This document shows, piece after piece, positions 28,942 through 38,041 of a DNA stretch of 64,000 bases; within the stretch, counting starts at the first letter, position 1, and each line of letters begins with the position of its first letter. The notes beneath the pieces are model-generated. The model had not been told where the DNA came from. It saw nothing but the letters and a program-made list of their open reading frames with translations, and searched no databases. The position numbers and the translations under genes are program-made. This DNA comes from Candidatus Bipolaricaulota bacterium. Lineage in GTDB: Bacteria > Bipolaricaulota > Bipolaricaulia > UBA7950 > UBA9294. Where the stretch lies: assembly GCA_018817505.1 (NCBI GenBank), contig JAHITR010000083.1:52-64051 (forward strand). Direction: 5' to 3'.

Positions 28942-30267
28942 CTACTTGGCGGCTACATTCACGTGATCTACGGCAATCGCTGGGCAGAGGAGTTTGCCAT
29001 AGACCCATTCCGCAGTGTCGCCGAGTCCGATGAGCTGATCACGCAACAACTCATAGCAATTGCCGGCCAGCATGACGTTCTTCACCCGCCCAACAATCCG
29101 GCCATTCTCGATAGCAAAGGCGGCAGCGACGTTGTTTGAGAAATCGCCAGCATTCAAATTGCCTTGACCTAGACCAAGCACGCCATCGACAAGCAATCCT
29201 TTCTTGATTCCGCGAATGAGTTCGGCTTCAGACGCGTCACCCGCTCCCACGACGAGGCTGCTGATGGTTGAACTGGGACTGGGTCGAAAACTGCTTGCCC
29301 CGATCAGCCCCCCCTTGTACCCATTGCCCGTGGAAGCCACACCGGCTTGTTGGGCCGTTCTCAGATCGTAATAAAATCCGCTCAACTGGCCTTCGTCAAT
29401 CAGTGAAGTCGTCTGCGTGGGCACGCCTTCATCATCAAAGGACCCCGCGGATGCTCCCCTCACGCATCGGCCGTCATCCACCAGATTCAATCGAGAATCG
29501 AACAAACCCTGGCCAAGTTTCTCAGTCAAAGGCGACAGCTTCAGCAGTACGGACTTTCCATTCAATCCCATCATCAGCGGAAGAAGCAGAGCGAGGGTGC
29601 CAGAAGGCGTGAACACCACCGGCAACGAGCCGCTCGGAGCCGAAACGACATCACGTCCCCATTCCAAGAGCCGTCGTATCCGCTGGGTCAGATCCTCAAT
29701 GCACACGTCGCCCAAGGCTCGCACATGATGGCTGTCAGCCACTGTGAAGATGTCGCCGGACTGGGCTCTCGTCGCTTCAATCCCGATCTCAATTGAGGAA
29801 CGGGTCTCTTCAGTATCCAAACCATTGGAATTGGCAATGCGAATATGATCCGTCATCATCTCGACAGACACGCCAACCTCAAGGTTGCTGCCGTCTGCAA
29901 GCAATCGCTTCTGGATTGCCGCGCCAATCGCCACCAGTTGCTCTGCAGATGGCGGCGTTGCTTGTGAATCGTGCAGGCCGACCAGTCGCTCAATTGCGGT
30001 GTCAGGGAATGTCAGATCCGTAACGTCGCCATAGGCAGCTGTCGCCACCGCCGCTTCCACCACGGCCTCAGGACGGGCGAGATCCGTCGATGTCGAGTAT
30101 CCCAATCGCCCCTCACAGAGAACGCGAAGCGCAACTCCCTCGGTCTGCTTGGTTTTGATGACGCTCAGTCCTTCAGGATCGAACACAACGGGAAGGACTT
30201 TGCGTTGCAGATGATAAACATCTGCCTGATCAACTCTGTCGCGTGTCCTTTCTAGCAGTGGGTGCAT
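28942..30267 (-). CDS. pmbA: metalloprotease PmbA/TldE
   Basis: Peptidase U62 family, paired with tldD. Confidence 0.75.
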   Translation of the reverse strand: MHPLLERTRDRVDQADVYHLQRKVLPVVFDPEGLSVIKTKQTEGVALRVLCEGRLGYSTSTDLARPEAVVEAAVATAAYGDVTDLTFPDTAIERLVGLHDSQATPPSAEQLVAIGAAIQKRLLADGSNLEVGVSVEMMTDHIRIANSNGLDTEETRSSIEIGIEATRAQSGDIFTVADSHHVRALGDVCIEDLTQRIRRLLEWGRDVVSAPSGSLPVVFTPSGTLALLLPLMMGLNGKSVLLKLSPLTEKLGQGLFDSRLNLVDDGRCVRGASAGSFDDEGVPTQTTSLIDEGQLSGFYYDLRTAQQAGVASTGNGYKGGLIGASSFRPSPSSTISSLVVGAGDASEAELIRGIKKGLLVDGVLGLGQGNLNAGDFSNNVAAAFAIENGRIVGRVKNVMLAGNCYELLRDQLIGLGDTAEWVYGKLLCPAIAVDHVNVAAK

Positions 30268-31643
30268 TATTTGCCTCCAATCGTGACATTGCGAATTCGG
30301 ATGTGGGGAGCACCTACAGTCACGGGCAGCGGGAACTGCCCTCCCTTTCCACAGCCGCCCACACCCCCAGAGATGACGCGATCATTGCCAATAGCGTCGA
30401 TCGAGCGCATCGTCTCGAATAGATTCCCGCTGAGGACAACATTGCGCACGAGGTCGCCAATTTCACCGTTCACGATTTCGTAGGCATAGGCAGCAGAAAA
30501 CGAGAATTGCTCGAACTCCGTTTGACCACCATAGGCATCCAAAGCATAAATGCCACGTTCGACATCCTTGATCATGTCATCAAATGAGATCGGCCCATTC
30601 TCGATGTAGGTGTTTCGCATGCGCACAATCGGCTCATGTTCATAGCTGACAGCGCGTGCATTCCCAGTGGGCTGAGCGCCCATCTTGGCAGCGGTCTCAC
30701 GGGAGTGAAGCAGGGAATGGAGGTGGCCATTCTTCACAAGTGTCGTTTTAGCTCGCTTCACGCCCTCATCATCATAAGGAACATTGCCGCGTTCTCCGGC
30801 AAAAAAACCAGCATCAATCACCTGGAGCTCTGGCGGTCCGAATTCGTTTCCCAAAGCCATGATCTCCGCGAGGCGCGGGTTCTTGAACAGAAAGTCGGCT
30901 TCGCAAAAGTGCCCGAACGCTTCATGAATGAAGACCCCAGCGAGCCGTGGATCCAATAGGACCGTATGTTGTCCGCCTGGCACCGGCTTCGCATTCAGCA
31001 TGGCCACTGCACGCTGAGCAGCCATGCGTGCTTGATCTTCCATCCCCTGAACCCACTCAAATCCACCTGCCTTTCCCACGTACTCCATGCCCTGCTGAAT
31101 ATCTCCTTTCCCATCGCTGGCAGCTGCTCCAAGCATCATGGTGATGTCCGGGAGCTCCTGAACGAGATAGGTTCCTTCAGAGTTGGCATAGGTAATTTCA
31201 GAGAATCGATCAACATACTGGACTTGGGTTGAGACGATCTTGTCCGATTCTTTCATGATGAGCGTGTTGTAAGAGAGAGTCAGATCGACCTTCTCTCTCA
31301 GAGGCACGTTCCGAAAATCATGTTCCAATTCGACTCGAACCTCATCCTGCACCGTCGGAACATCGGCCAGGATGACAGGTTGACTGGCCGTTTCTCCAAC
31401 CACAGCCGCCATCTGCGTCGCCTCGCGAATATGCTCCGCAATTTTGGAAGTATCATTGAAAACAGAAATCCCCCACCCGCCGTTCTTCAAACATCGTACA
31501 ACACCGCCCAATTCGGTTGCTGACTCAAGCGTTTCCAGCTTCTCCCGCTGAAATAGCACCCGATTGAGCCAGCGTCGCTCAATGCGAATCTCCGTATAAT
31601 CCGCAGTGCTACCTGCGATGGCCTGCTTGATCGTTTGTCTCAC
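30267..31643 (-). CDS. tldD: metalloprotease TldD
   Basis: U62 family with HEAFGH-like motif. GTG start at 31643 preceded by GGGGAGG. The ORF-caller extension lacks an SD. Confidence 0.8.
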   Translation of the reverse strand: MRQTIKQAIAGSTADYTEIRIERRWLNRVLFQREKLETLESATELGGVVRCLKNGGWGISVFNDTSKIAEHIREATQMAAVVGETASQPVILADVPTVQDEVRVELEHDFRNVPLREKVDLTLSYNTLIMKESDKIVSTQVQYVDRFSEITYANSEGTYLVQELPDITMMLGAAASDGKGDIQQGMEYVGKAGGFEWVQGMEDQARMAAQRAVAMLNAKPVPGGQHTVLLDPRLAGVFIHEAFGHFCEADFLFKNPRLAEIMALGNEFGPPELQVIDAGFFAGERGNVPYDDEGVKRAKTTLVKNGHLHSLLHSRETAAKMGAQPTGNARAVSYEHEPIVRMRNTYIENGPISFDDMIKDVERGIYALDAYGGQTEFEQFSFSAAYAYEIVNGEIGDLVRNVVLSGNLFETMRSIDAIGNDRVISGGVGGCGKGGQFPLPVTVGAPHIRIRNVTIGGK

Positions 31644-31787
31644 AATGTCCTCCCCTAGCTCGCCCGAAGTCCGACTCGCTCCTGTTGCGCCCTCAATCCA
31701 CACGAGACACGCAAGAACGACACCGCCTGATGGGAAGTAGATGTACTCAGGTGAGTACGCCAACTCTCAGATGAGGTTCAGTCACGA

Positions 31788-32528
31788 CTAGATCTTGTTT
31801 TGCTTTTGGACTTCCGAATCGTCGTGGATCTTGAGAGATTCTGAGTATTCGATCAGCCCGATCTTGCAGTCGGGTCCAATCTGAATCTGCTTGCCCCGAA
31901 CGACGTCAGCCCGTGTGTTCTCAAGGTAGATTTCATCGCCTTCAATCAGGGCGGCCTCCACGTCTCCGCCCCACGAGCTGCTCAAGGCTCGCAACAGGGA
32001 GTCCAACAATCCCGCACGCTCTCTCGATCCGTAGCGCCGGATATCAATCTTTGCTCCGCCAATTTCCTGGGCGCGGCATCGTCCGCCAGGATGAATCTCG
32101 ATGCGATCTGCAGACAGCAGGCCGCCCACATCGAATCCGCCACTGGCGCGGAAAATCTCAGCCTCCACGTCGCCACTAACATGGAGCATGCCACTGACCT
32201 TGACGTATTCCGATGAGATGCTCTCTGCCGCCTTGAAAGTCCCCGAGCACTTCAACTCCTTGACCTTCACCTGCCCATTGACTTTGGCGACGCCGCTCAC
32301 TTTCATTTCGTCGGCAATGACATCTTTGTCGAATGTTCCTGTCCCTGAGACAGTCAACAAGACGACCTCACAGTGTCCGCTGACTCGTCCTGCACCAGAC
32401 ATCGTCAGATTCTCTGCATACACATCGCCAACGATCTTGCCTGCGCCGGAAATGGACACGCGGGAATAGGAGCCCCCAGTAATCACGCCCGCCCCAGTCA
32501 CACTCACGGATTTCTTCTCTTCACTCAT
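31788..32528 (-). CDS. bactofilin family cytoskeletal protein
   Basis: Repetitive SGAGK/VxGxV beta-helix repeats (DUF583). ATG 32528 with GGGAGGA SD. 8-nt overlap ATGAGTGA with the upstream gene. Confidence 0.7.
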   Translation of the reverse strand: MSEEKKSVSVTGAGVITGGSYSRVSISGAGKIVGDVYAENLTMSGAGRVSGHCEVVLLTVSGTGTFDKDVIADEMKVSGVAKVNGQVKVKELKCSGTFKAAESISSEYVKVSGMLHVSGDVEAEIFRASGGFDVGGLLSADRIEIHPGGRCRAQEIGGAKIDIRRYGSRERAGLLDSLLRALSSSWGGDVEAALIEGDEIYLENTRADVVRGKQIQIGPDCKIGLIEYSESLKIHDDSEVQKQNKI

Positions 32529-33255
32529 GCTCGTTCCTCCCTTCTTCCTGATTGACAGAGCTCTTCTTTGTTGTCTGCCCGGGAGCACAGCATGCGGCCA
32601 GATCCAATTTGACTTGCTGGAGCATGCCCGCCAGATCCACTGAGTCGATTCGCCGCAATTCGGGATCCACAATGATCTCTCCGCCCGAAATGATGATGAC
32701 ACTAATCTCCGCGGATATGCCTCCACCCGACAGTTGCTTTCGTAGCAAATAGAGTGTCTTCCCATCAACGACTGACGGATCGATATCCTCTTTGCCAATG
32801 ACACCATCAAGTGTTCGACTGGCGAGATCAATTTCCTCACTCCGAGCCGATCGCCGCAATTTCTTCAGCACCGCCAGCCGAAGCGCGTCACGAAGCGAAA
32901 GCGTGCCATCCTCGTTTTCGACGATAACGATCCCGGCAGCCTTGCCCAAATCCTCGTCAAACCACCCCAGGTGCTTGAGCTTTCCAAACGCGATCTGGAT
33001 TTTTGCATTCACGTGCTCTGAAATGACATCCGCGAGATCGTCTAGGGCGTGTTCTCCCTTCATGTTTTTGATTCTCTCGATGCGTTCAACAATCTTGTCT
33101 TCCGGGAAGAATGTCTCCTGTCCTGTGAATGTCGATCGACGAATGAACCAAACCTCGGGGATCAGTCCCTTTCTTTTCCAACGATAGAGTTGCCCGTACG
33201 AGATCCCCATCTTCTCGAGAACATCCTTTTTCGAGATCAGGTGCTCATCTTCCAT
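32521..33255 (-). CDS. DUF4004 (YhbD-like) MerR-like HTH protein
   Basis: N-terminal LISKKDVLEKMGISYGQLYRWKRKGLIP HTH. The Bacillus yhbD-yhbE-yhbF locus has the same DUF4004-bactofilin gene order. Confidence 0.55.
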   Translation of the reverse strand: MEDEHLISKKDVLEKMGISYGQLYRWKRKGLIPEVWFIRRSTFTGQETFFPEDKIVERIERIKNMKGEHALDDLADVISEHVNAKIQIAFGKLKHLGWFDEDLGKAAGIVIVENEDGTLSLRDALRLAVLKKLRRSARSEEIDLASRTLDGVIGKEDIDPSVVDGKTLYLLRKQLSGGGISAEISVIIISGGEIIVDPELRRIDSVDLAGMLQQVKLDLAACCAPGQTTKKSSVNQEEGRNEHE

Positions 33256-33288
33256 CTAGGCCTCCTTTTAAAACATCACATTGTTCGT

Positions 33289-33456
33289 TTAGCAATGACA
33301 GGGTCGTTCTTCTCGAACGACGAATTGTCTGTACTCGTCACTCGTGATCGTCGCCCTTCTCTTCAGATGTCGCGAGAAACGCCTCTCCTGTGCCTCTTCT
33401 AGAGAATGCTTGTGAATAAGTCTTGCCAGCAACTGAAGTTCGTACGTCGAGTTCAT
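33289..33456 (-). CDS. small basic hypothetical protein (55 aa)
   Basis: ATG 33456 with AGGAGGTG SD, located between the GNAT and DUF4004 genes. Confidence 0.4.
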   Translation of the reverse strand: MNSTYELQLLARLIHKHSLEEAQERRFSRHLKRRATITSDEYRQFVVREERPCHC

Positions 33457-33496
33457 TGTGTTGCACCTCCTATGAGCGTTCCATGCCAATATAACA

Positions 33497-34543
33497 TCAC
33501 ACTGTTACGTTGTCAAGTCCCGATTCGTGTTCCCTGAGTGCCTCTATCGCTTGATCGACGCTCACGCCGAGCCAATGCCAGACACTAATGTCTTCAAAGC
33601 CCTTGTCTGTCAGCGCATTCAACAAAGCCGTCTCCTGTCCGCCAACCTCAATCAGCGTCCCCTTCGAGGCGAACTTCTCAAGGTAATCACAGGCCATCTG
33701 AACCAGAGGATCGGCAAGTTCGGAACGCCAATCCGGATCGATCGACAAACGAATTTCGTGTGATCGATTGCCGGTGAGATCGGCGCGAGTGCGTAGCGTG
33801 GCCACTAGTCGGCCTTCTTTGCGGACAATCCATTGGCTGAACCTGCATCCACCAAGCTTCATGGCCCACGGTCCCAAAACGCGAATGAGCCAGGATCTGC
33901 GAAAGTCACTCTCGGCAACTGGCTTGTATTCCAACACGTGCGAAGGCGTGGTTCGCACAGACAATGCCAACCGCTCACGCCACAGGGCATACCACGCGCC
34001 TTGATCAATAGACCCCAAGCCATCGACATGCGAAGCCCGTCCTTTCTTCGTCGAGCCGCCAACGCGCCGCATCTGATGGGATGTGTGGAAGTGCGTGAAT
34101 CCAAGCGCTTGATACAATCGGTAGGCGGCGGCATTGTCTCGCCTCACTTTCAAAGTGCAGGATTCGCCGCCATGCTCTCGTATCGATTCAAAGACTCGCC
34201 CAAGCAAGCGCTTTGCCAACCCTCGTCGTTGGAAGTCGGGGTGCGTGCCTACGGCATCAATACTCCAGCAAGTTCCCTTCAACCCATCCCTGGCGAACAG
34301 CACAATCGAAGCCATGCGTCGATCTTGCTCTACAACGTATCCCAGCCGAGACAACCGCAATGCCGGGATAGCACGAGAAATCCACACGATGAGCCTCTCC
34401 ATGTTTCGTTCTCTCTTGGACTCAAGGCGGGGATCTTCTCCCATCCGCCGGTAGTCCTCAGTAAAAGCTGCTGCTTCAAGACGACATGCTTCTTCAGTAT
34501 CGTGTCCTAAACGGTACGGACGAATCGTTGCCAGCCTGTCCAT
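33497..34543 (-). CDS. GNAT family N-acetyltransferase (two-domain)
   Basis: FQRRGLAKRLLGRVFESI acetyl-CoA motif. AAGGAG SD. Strong TTGACA-N17-TAATAT promoter upstream. Confidence 0.7.
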   Translation of the reverse strand: MDRLATIRPYRLGHDTEEACRLEAAAFTEDYRRMGEDPRLESKRERNMERLIVWISRAIPALRLSRLGYVVEQDRRMASIVLFARDGLKGTCWSIDAVGTHPDFQRRGLAKRLLGRVFESIREHGGESCTLKVRRDNAAAYRLYQALGFTHFHTSHQMRRVGGSTKKGRASHVDGLGSIDQGAWYALWRERLALSVRTTPSHVLEYKPVAESDFRRSWLIRVLGPWAMKLGGCRFSQWIVRKEGRLVATLRTRADLTGNRSHEIRLSIDPDWRSELADPLVQMACDYLEKFASKGTLIEVGGQETALLNALTDKGFEDISVWHWLGVSVDQAIEALREHESGLDNVTV

Positions 34544-34715
34544 AGTCACTCCTTAAGCGCCATATAAGGTCGTTAGTAGCGCCATATTAGTATTTTAAGG
34601 GTATCTTGTCAACCCTTTATTGTGCTGGCATATTTGGCACGTGCCTGCTGGTATTGCTTTTGCGGATGTTTGGGCTATACTGAGACATGACCTTATTCAT
34701 GCTTAGGAGGGCTTT

Positions 34716-35342
34716 ATGGTTATTAAGGCACGACTCAAGCTAGTTCTTACTGCCGACAACGTCGTTGTGGCAGAATCGGATGATCCCACGATCTGGCAAG
34801 CTGCATTTCAAGCCATCCAAGGTGCGAATGTCGAACAAGTCCTGGGAGCAAAGCCCTTGAATCAGGGCGAGGATATTGCCTGGATTCCTGAGGAAGAACG
34901 CACGGCGATCTTGGCATTGGCCAGCGATCTTGGCATTGAACCGCAGGCGCTTTTGTCTGCCTGCCATCCGAGAATGATTGCTCCATACATCTTCTTGAAC
35001 AAGCGATACTGGGAGGCGTTCAAGCACCAAACTGCTGAACGTGGCCGGACCGCAGTCAGTAATGCGGTTCTTGCGATCACACTACTGCTCCTGTGGGGCG
35101 AAAAAATCAACCTCGAACGCGTGGCACTCCGTGATGGAATGGCCGTTCTCAAGACGATTTCGGCCCGAGACGAGCATGCAAGCCGCGCCGTAGAAAACTG
35201 TCCATGGCTTCAGAAGACGATGGGAAGAATTGTCCTCAATCCAGAGAAGATTTCTCGTGCGATTACTGTAGCTCAAGCTTTTTGTACGCAGACAGCTCCT
35301 GAGTGGGAGGATGAAGAGCAGGAAGACGCCCCCGATTCCTAG
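34716..35342 (+). CDS. hypothetical protein
   Basis: GGAGG SD and TTGCTT-N16-TATACT promoter in an AT-rich upstream region. No recognisable motifs. Confidence 0.4.
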   Translation: MVIKARLKLVLTADNVVVAESDDPTIWQAAFQAIQGANVEQVLGAKPLNQGEDIAWIPEEERTAILALASDLGIEPQALLSACHPRMIAPYIFLNKRYWEAFKHQTAERGRTAVSNAVLAITLLLLWGEKINLERVALRDGMAVLKTISARDEHASRAVENCPWLQKTMGRIVLNPEKISRAITVAQAFCTQTAPEWEDEEQEDAPDS

Positions 35343-35538
35343 TCTTGCAGGAGCAAATCACGATGATTCACGACCCAAGGATGCGTCCAAATTCTGAGGG
35401 CGGTGGTCCTGCCGATCCATGAACCAGGTGGCCCCAGCGAAGCCAAGCTGCCCTGCTGGGGCCAGAAGAATGGGGCGTCATCCGCAAGGCTCATTGGAGC
35501 ATTTGGACAGCCGCATGTGCCGGGTGATGATCGTCCAG

Positions 35539-37203
35539 TTACTTGCCCGGACACTGAGCGACAACCTCCGGGGAAATCCCCTTGCTACCGTAGGCCTTGT
35601 CAAAGTGAGCTGAGAACTCCTTCGCCAACTTGACTGCCCGCGCATCATAGGCTACGGGATCGTCCCACGACTTGCGCGGATCAAGCAGTTTTGTAGGAAC
35701 GTCAGGACAGGTCTTAGGAATGGATACGTGGAACTGGACATTTTCGTCATACGCCACGTTCTTCAAAGCCCCGGAAAGAGCAGCATGAACCATGGCTCGC
35801 GTCAGATCGATATCGACGCGTCCCGCTTCACCATACGGGCCACCCACCCATCCCGTATTGACGAGATAGACATCTGTGCCATGGGCGGCCAGTTTCTCTC
35901 CCAACATGCGTGCGTAGATGTCCGGATTCCTCGGCATAAACGGCTCTCCGAAGAAGCGTGAGAACGTCGTCTTGGGCTCGACAATACCGGTTTCAGTGCC
36001 CGCCAGCTTGCTCGTATACCCCATAAGGAACCACAGCATCGCTTGTTCCTTGGAGAGGCGGGAAATGGGCGGCAGCACACCATTCGCATCCGCGGTGAGG
36101 AAGAGAATCGTAGATGGATGCTCGCCAACAGAGGAGGGCTTGATATTGGAAAGATAGGCCAACGGATAGGATCCGCGGGAATTCGGAGTCAGCCGATCGT
36201 CCGTCAAATCGAAGGAGCCGTCAGGATAGATCATCGCGTTCTCGACGATCGCGCCATGCTTCTCGAAATCGTCCTCATGCATGATGGCCCGGAAGATCTC
36301 CGGTTCTTTGTTGGCGTCCAGATCAATGAGCTTCGCATAGCATCCGTTCTCGAAGTTGGCGATCCCAGCATTTGACCAACCATGTTCATCGTCGCCAAGC
36401 AGCGCACGTCGCGGGTCGGCTGACAGGGTGGTCTTCCCCGTCCCAGAAAGCCCGAGCAGTAGTGCGATATCTCCATTTGGGCCTTCATTGGCCGAGCAGT
36501 GAAGAGGTAGGATGCCTTCTGCGGGCAGCATGTAATTCATCACCGAGAACATCAGCTTCTTGGCAGAGCCGCAATAGGCCGAGCCATAGACCACGCCAAT
36601 GCGTCGATCCAAATCCATGGCAATGGTCATGGTTGACGTGCCTTTGATGCGTGGATCGATCCTCAGTCGCCCTTGATACCGAGATGGATCAAGCTTGTTA
36701 TAGGGAAGAGCGAGCAATGTGAACGGGCGGTCAAAGAACACGGATCGTTCAATGTCCTCAGGCATGGGGCGGAACATGTTGTCTGCGAACAGGGACGTAA
36801 CCGCGCGGTATGAAATGAATTTGACGGGAAGAGCATACGCTGAATCCGCACCGATGACGCGATCCAATTCATAGACGCGTTTTTTTGCGTTGAGCACGGC
36901 AAGCGCATCCTCCAAGAACATGTCGAAAGTGTCCGGATCTACTGGAATGTTGTTCGGGGAATCCCAATCGATCGTGCTCGCGCTCGCAGGACGCTTGACC
37001 GTTAGCGTATCCTGAGGACTGCGCCCCGTAGATTCCGAGGGAGTCCACGTTGCCAGTGCTCCGCCTGCCGAGACCATCGCTTCGCGTCCCTCAACGGCGT
37101 CTCGAATCAACTGCTCCCGACCGGGGTTCTTTACGATGTTCGCCTGCTCGAGAAGCTTGGCCAGTCTGCTATCGAAATCCATCATCATCTCCCACTCTTG
37201 CAT
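35539..37203 (-). CDS. pckA: phosphoenolpyruvate carboxykinase (ATP)
   Basis: Kinase-1a GLSGTGKTTLS and PEPCK-specific motifs. About 550 aa. Confidence 0.9.
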   Translation of the reverse strand: MQEWEMMMDFDSRLAKLLEQANIVKNPGREQLIRDAVEGREAMVSAGGALATWTPSESTGRSPQDTLTVKRPASASTIDWDSPNNIPVDPDTFDMFLEDALAVLNAKKRVYELDRVIGADSAYALPVKFISYRAVTSLFADNMFRPMPEDIERSVFFDRPFTLLALPYNKLDPSRYQGRLRIDPRIKGTSTMTIAMDLDRRIGVVYGSAYCGSAKKLMFSVMNYMLPAEGILPLHCSANEGPNGDIALLLGLSGTGKTTLSADPRRALLGDDEHGWSNAGIANFENGCYAKLIDLDANKEPEIFRAIMHEDDFEKHGAIVENAMIYPDGSFDLTDDRLTPNSRGSYPLAYLSNIKPSSVGEHPSTILFLTADANGVLPPISRLSKEQAMLWFLMGYTSKLAGTETGIVEPKTTFSRFFGEPFMPRNPDIYARMLGEKLAAHGTDVYLVNTGWVGGPYGEAGRVDIDLTRAMVHAALSGALKNVAYDENVQFHVSIPKTCPDVPTKLLDPRKSWDDPVAYDARAVKLAKEFSAHFDKAYGSKGISPEVVAQCPGK

Positions 37204-37601
37204 GAGGTCCTTTCAAGGACCGCCGAAGTGGCAGGATCATATCAAACAACATCTCGATTCGAAAGGCAGGGGTAGCGAGTGAACCACTGAGATCTAGTTC
37301 CGATAGGATGAAAGACCGTTTCGCTGAAAAATCCGGTGAAGTACTTCTGAATCCTACGAAGGAGGGGGAGACCTCCGATTGAACATGAATCCTTTCATGC
37401 CAACGCAATCGTCCCAGAGGTCTCCCGTCGTTACCCTGCGATACGGCTCCCTCACGGAGTAGGCTTCTTGTTGACCTGCTTGGTCTATTCTACCAAGTAA
37501 GTCTAGCGAATCCAACCATGAACGTAGAATTCCGGAGCATAGATCTTTTCAAGCTTTCAGACTATACTTGGATGTTGATCACCGAAGAAGGATGAGGAAA
37601 C

Positions 37602-38027
37602 ATGAACCCGTTTGGAGACAGAATTCGAGAATTGCGTCAGAGAGCAGGACTGACTCAGTGGGACGTTGCCAATCGCACAGGTGTCTCCAACACCTACATC
37701 TCGGCGCTGGAAAGCGGGCGCAAACCGGCGCCTCCGCATGTGATCGTGACCGCTCTTGCTGCGTGTCTTCAAACCAGTGAAGAGGCTTTGTGGAAGATGG
37801 CCCGAGCTGAGCGTGAGGAACGCCTGAAACGCCGGATCGACGGTGTGCCAACATCCCAACGAACCGCACGCGCCGTCGAGGATGGCATGAAGCCTCCTGT
37901 CGCTGATGCGTCGGAGGATCCCTTGGAAGCAGCCATTCGGACATTGAGAGATACTGCGACAGACGCAAAACAGCGTCACCGATTGGCACGGGCACTTGAA
38001 ACGCTAGCCAAGAGCTTGCTTGGCTAG
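37602..38027 (+). CDS. XRE family HTH transcriptional regulator
   Basis: RIRELRQRAGLTQWDVANRTGVSNTYISALESGRK is a canonical Cro/C1-type HTH. Confidence 0.8.
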   Translation: MNPFGDRIRELRQRAGLTQWDVANRTGVSNTYISALESGRKPAPPHVIVTALAACLQTSEEALWKMARAEREERLKRRIDGVPTSQRTARAVEDGMKPPVADASEDPLEAAIRTLRDTATDAKQRHRLARALETLAKSLLG

Positions 38028-38041
38028 GACGTAGGGGCCAA

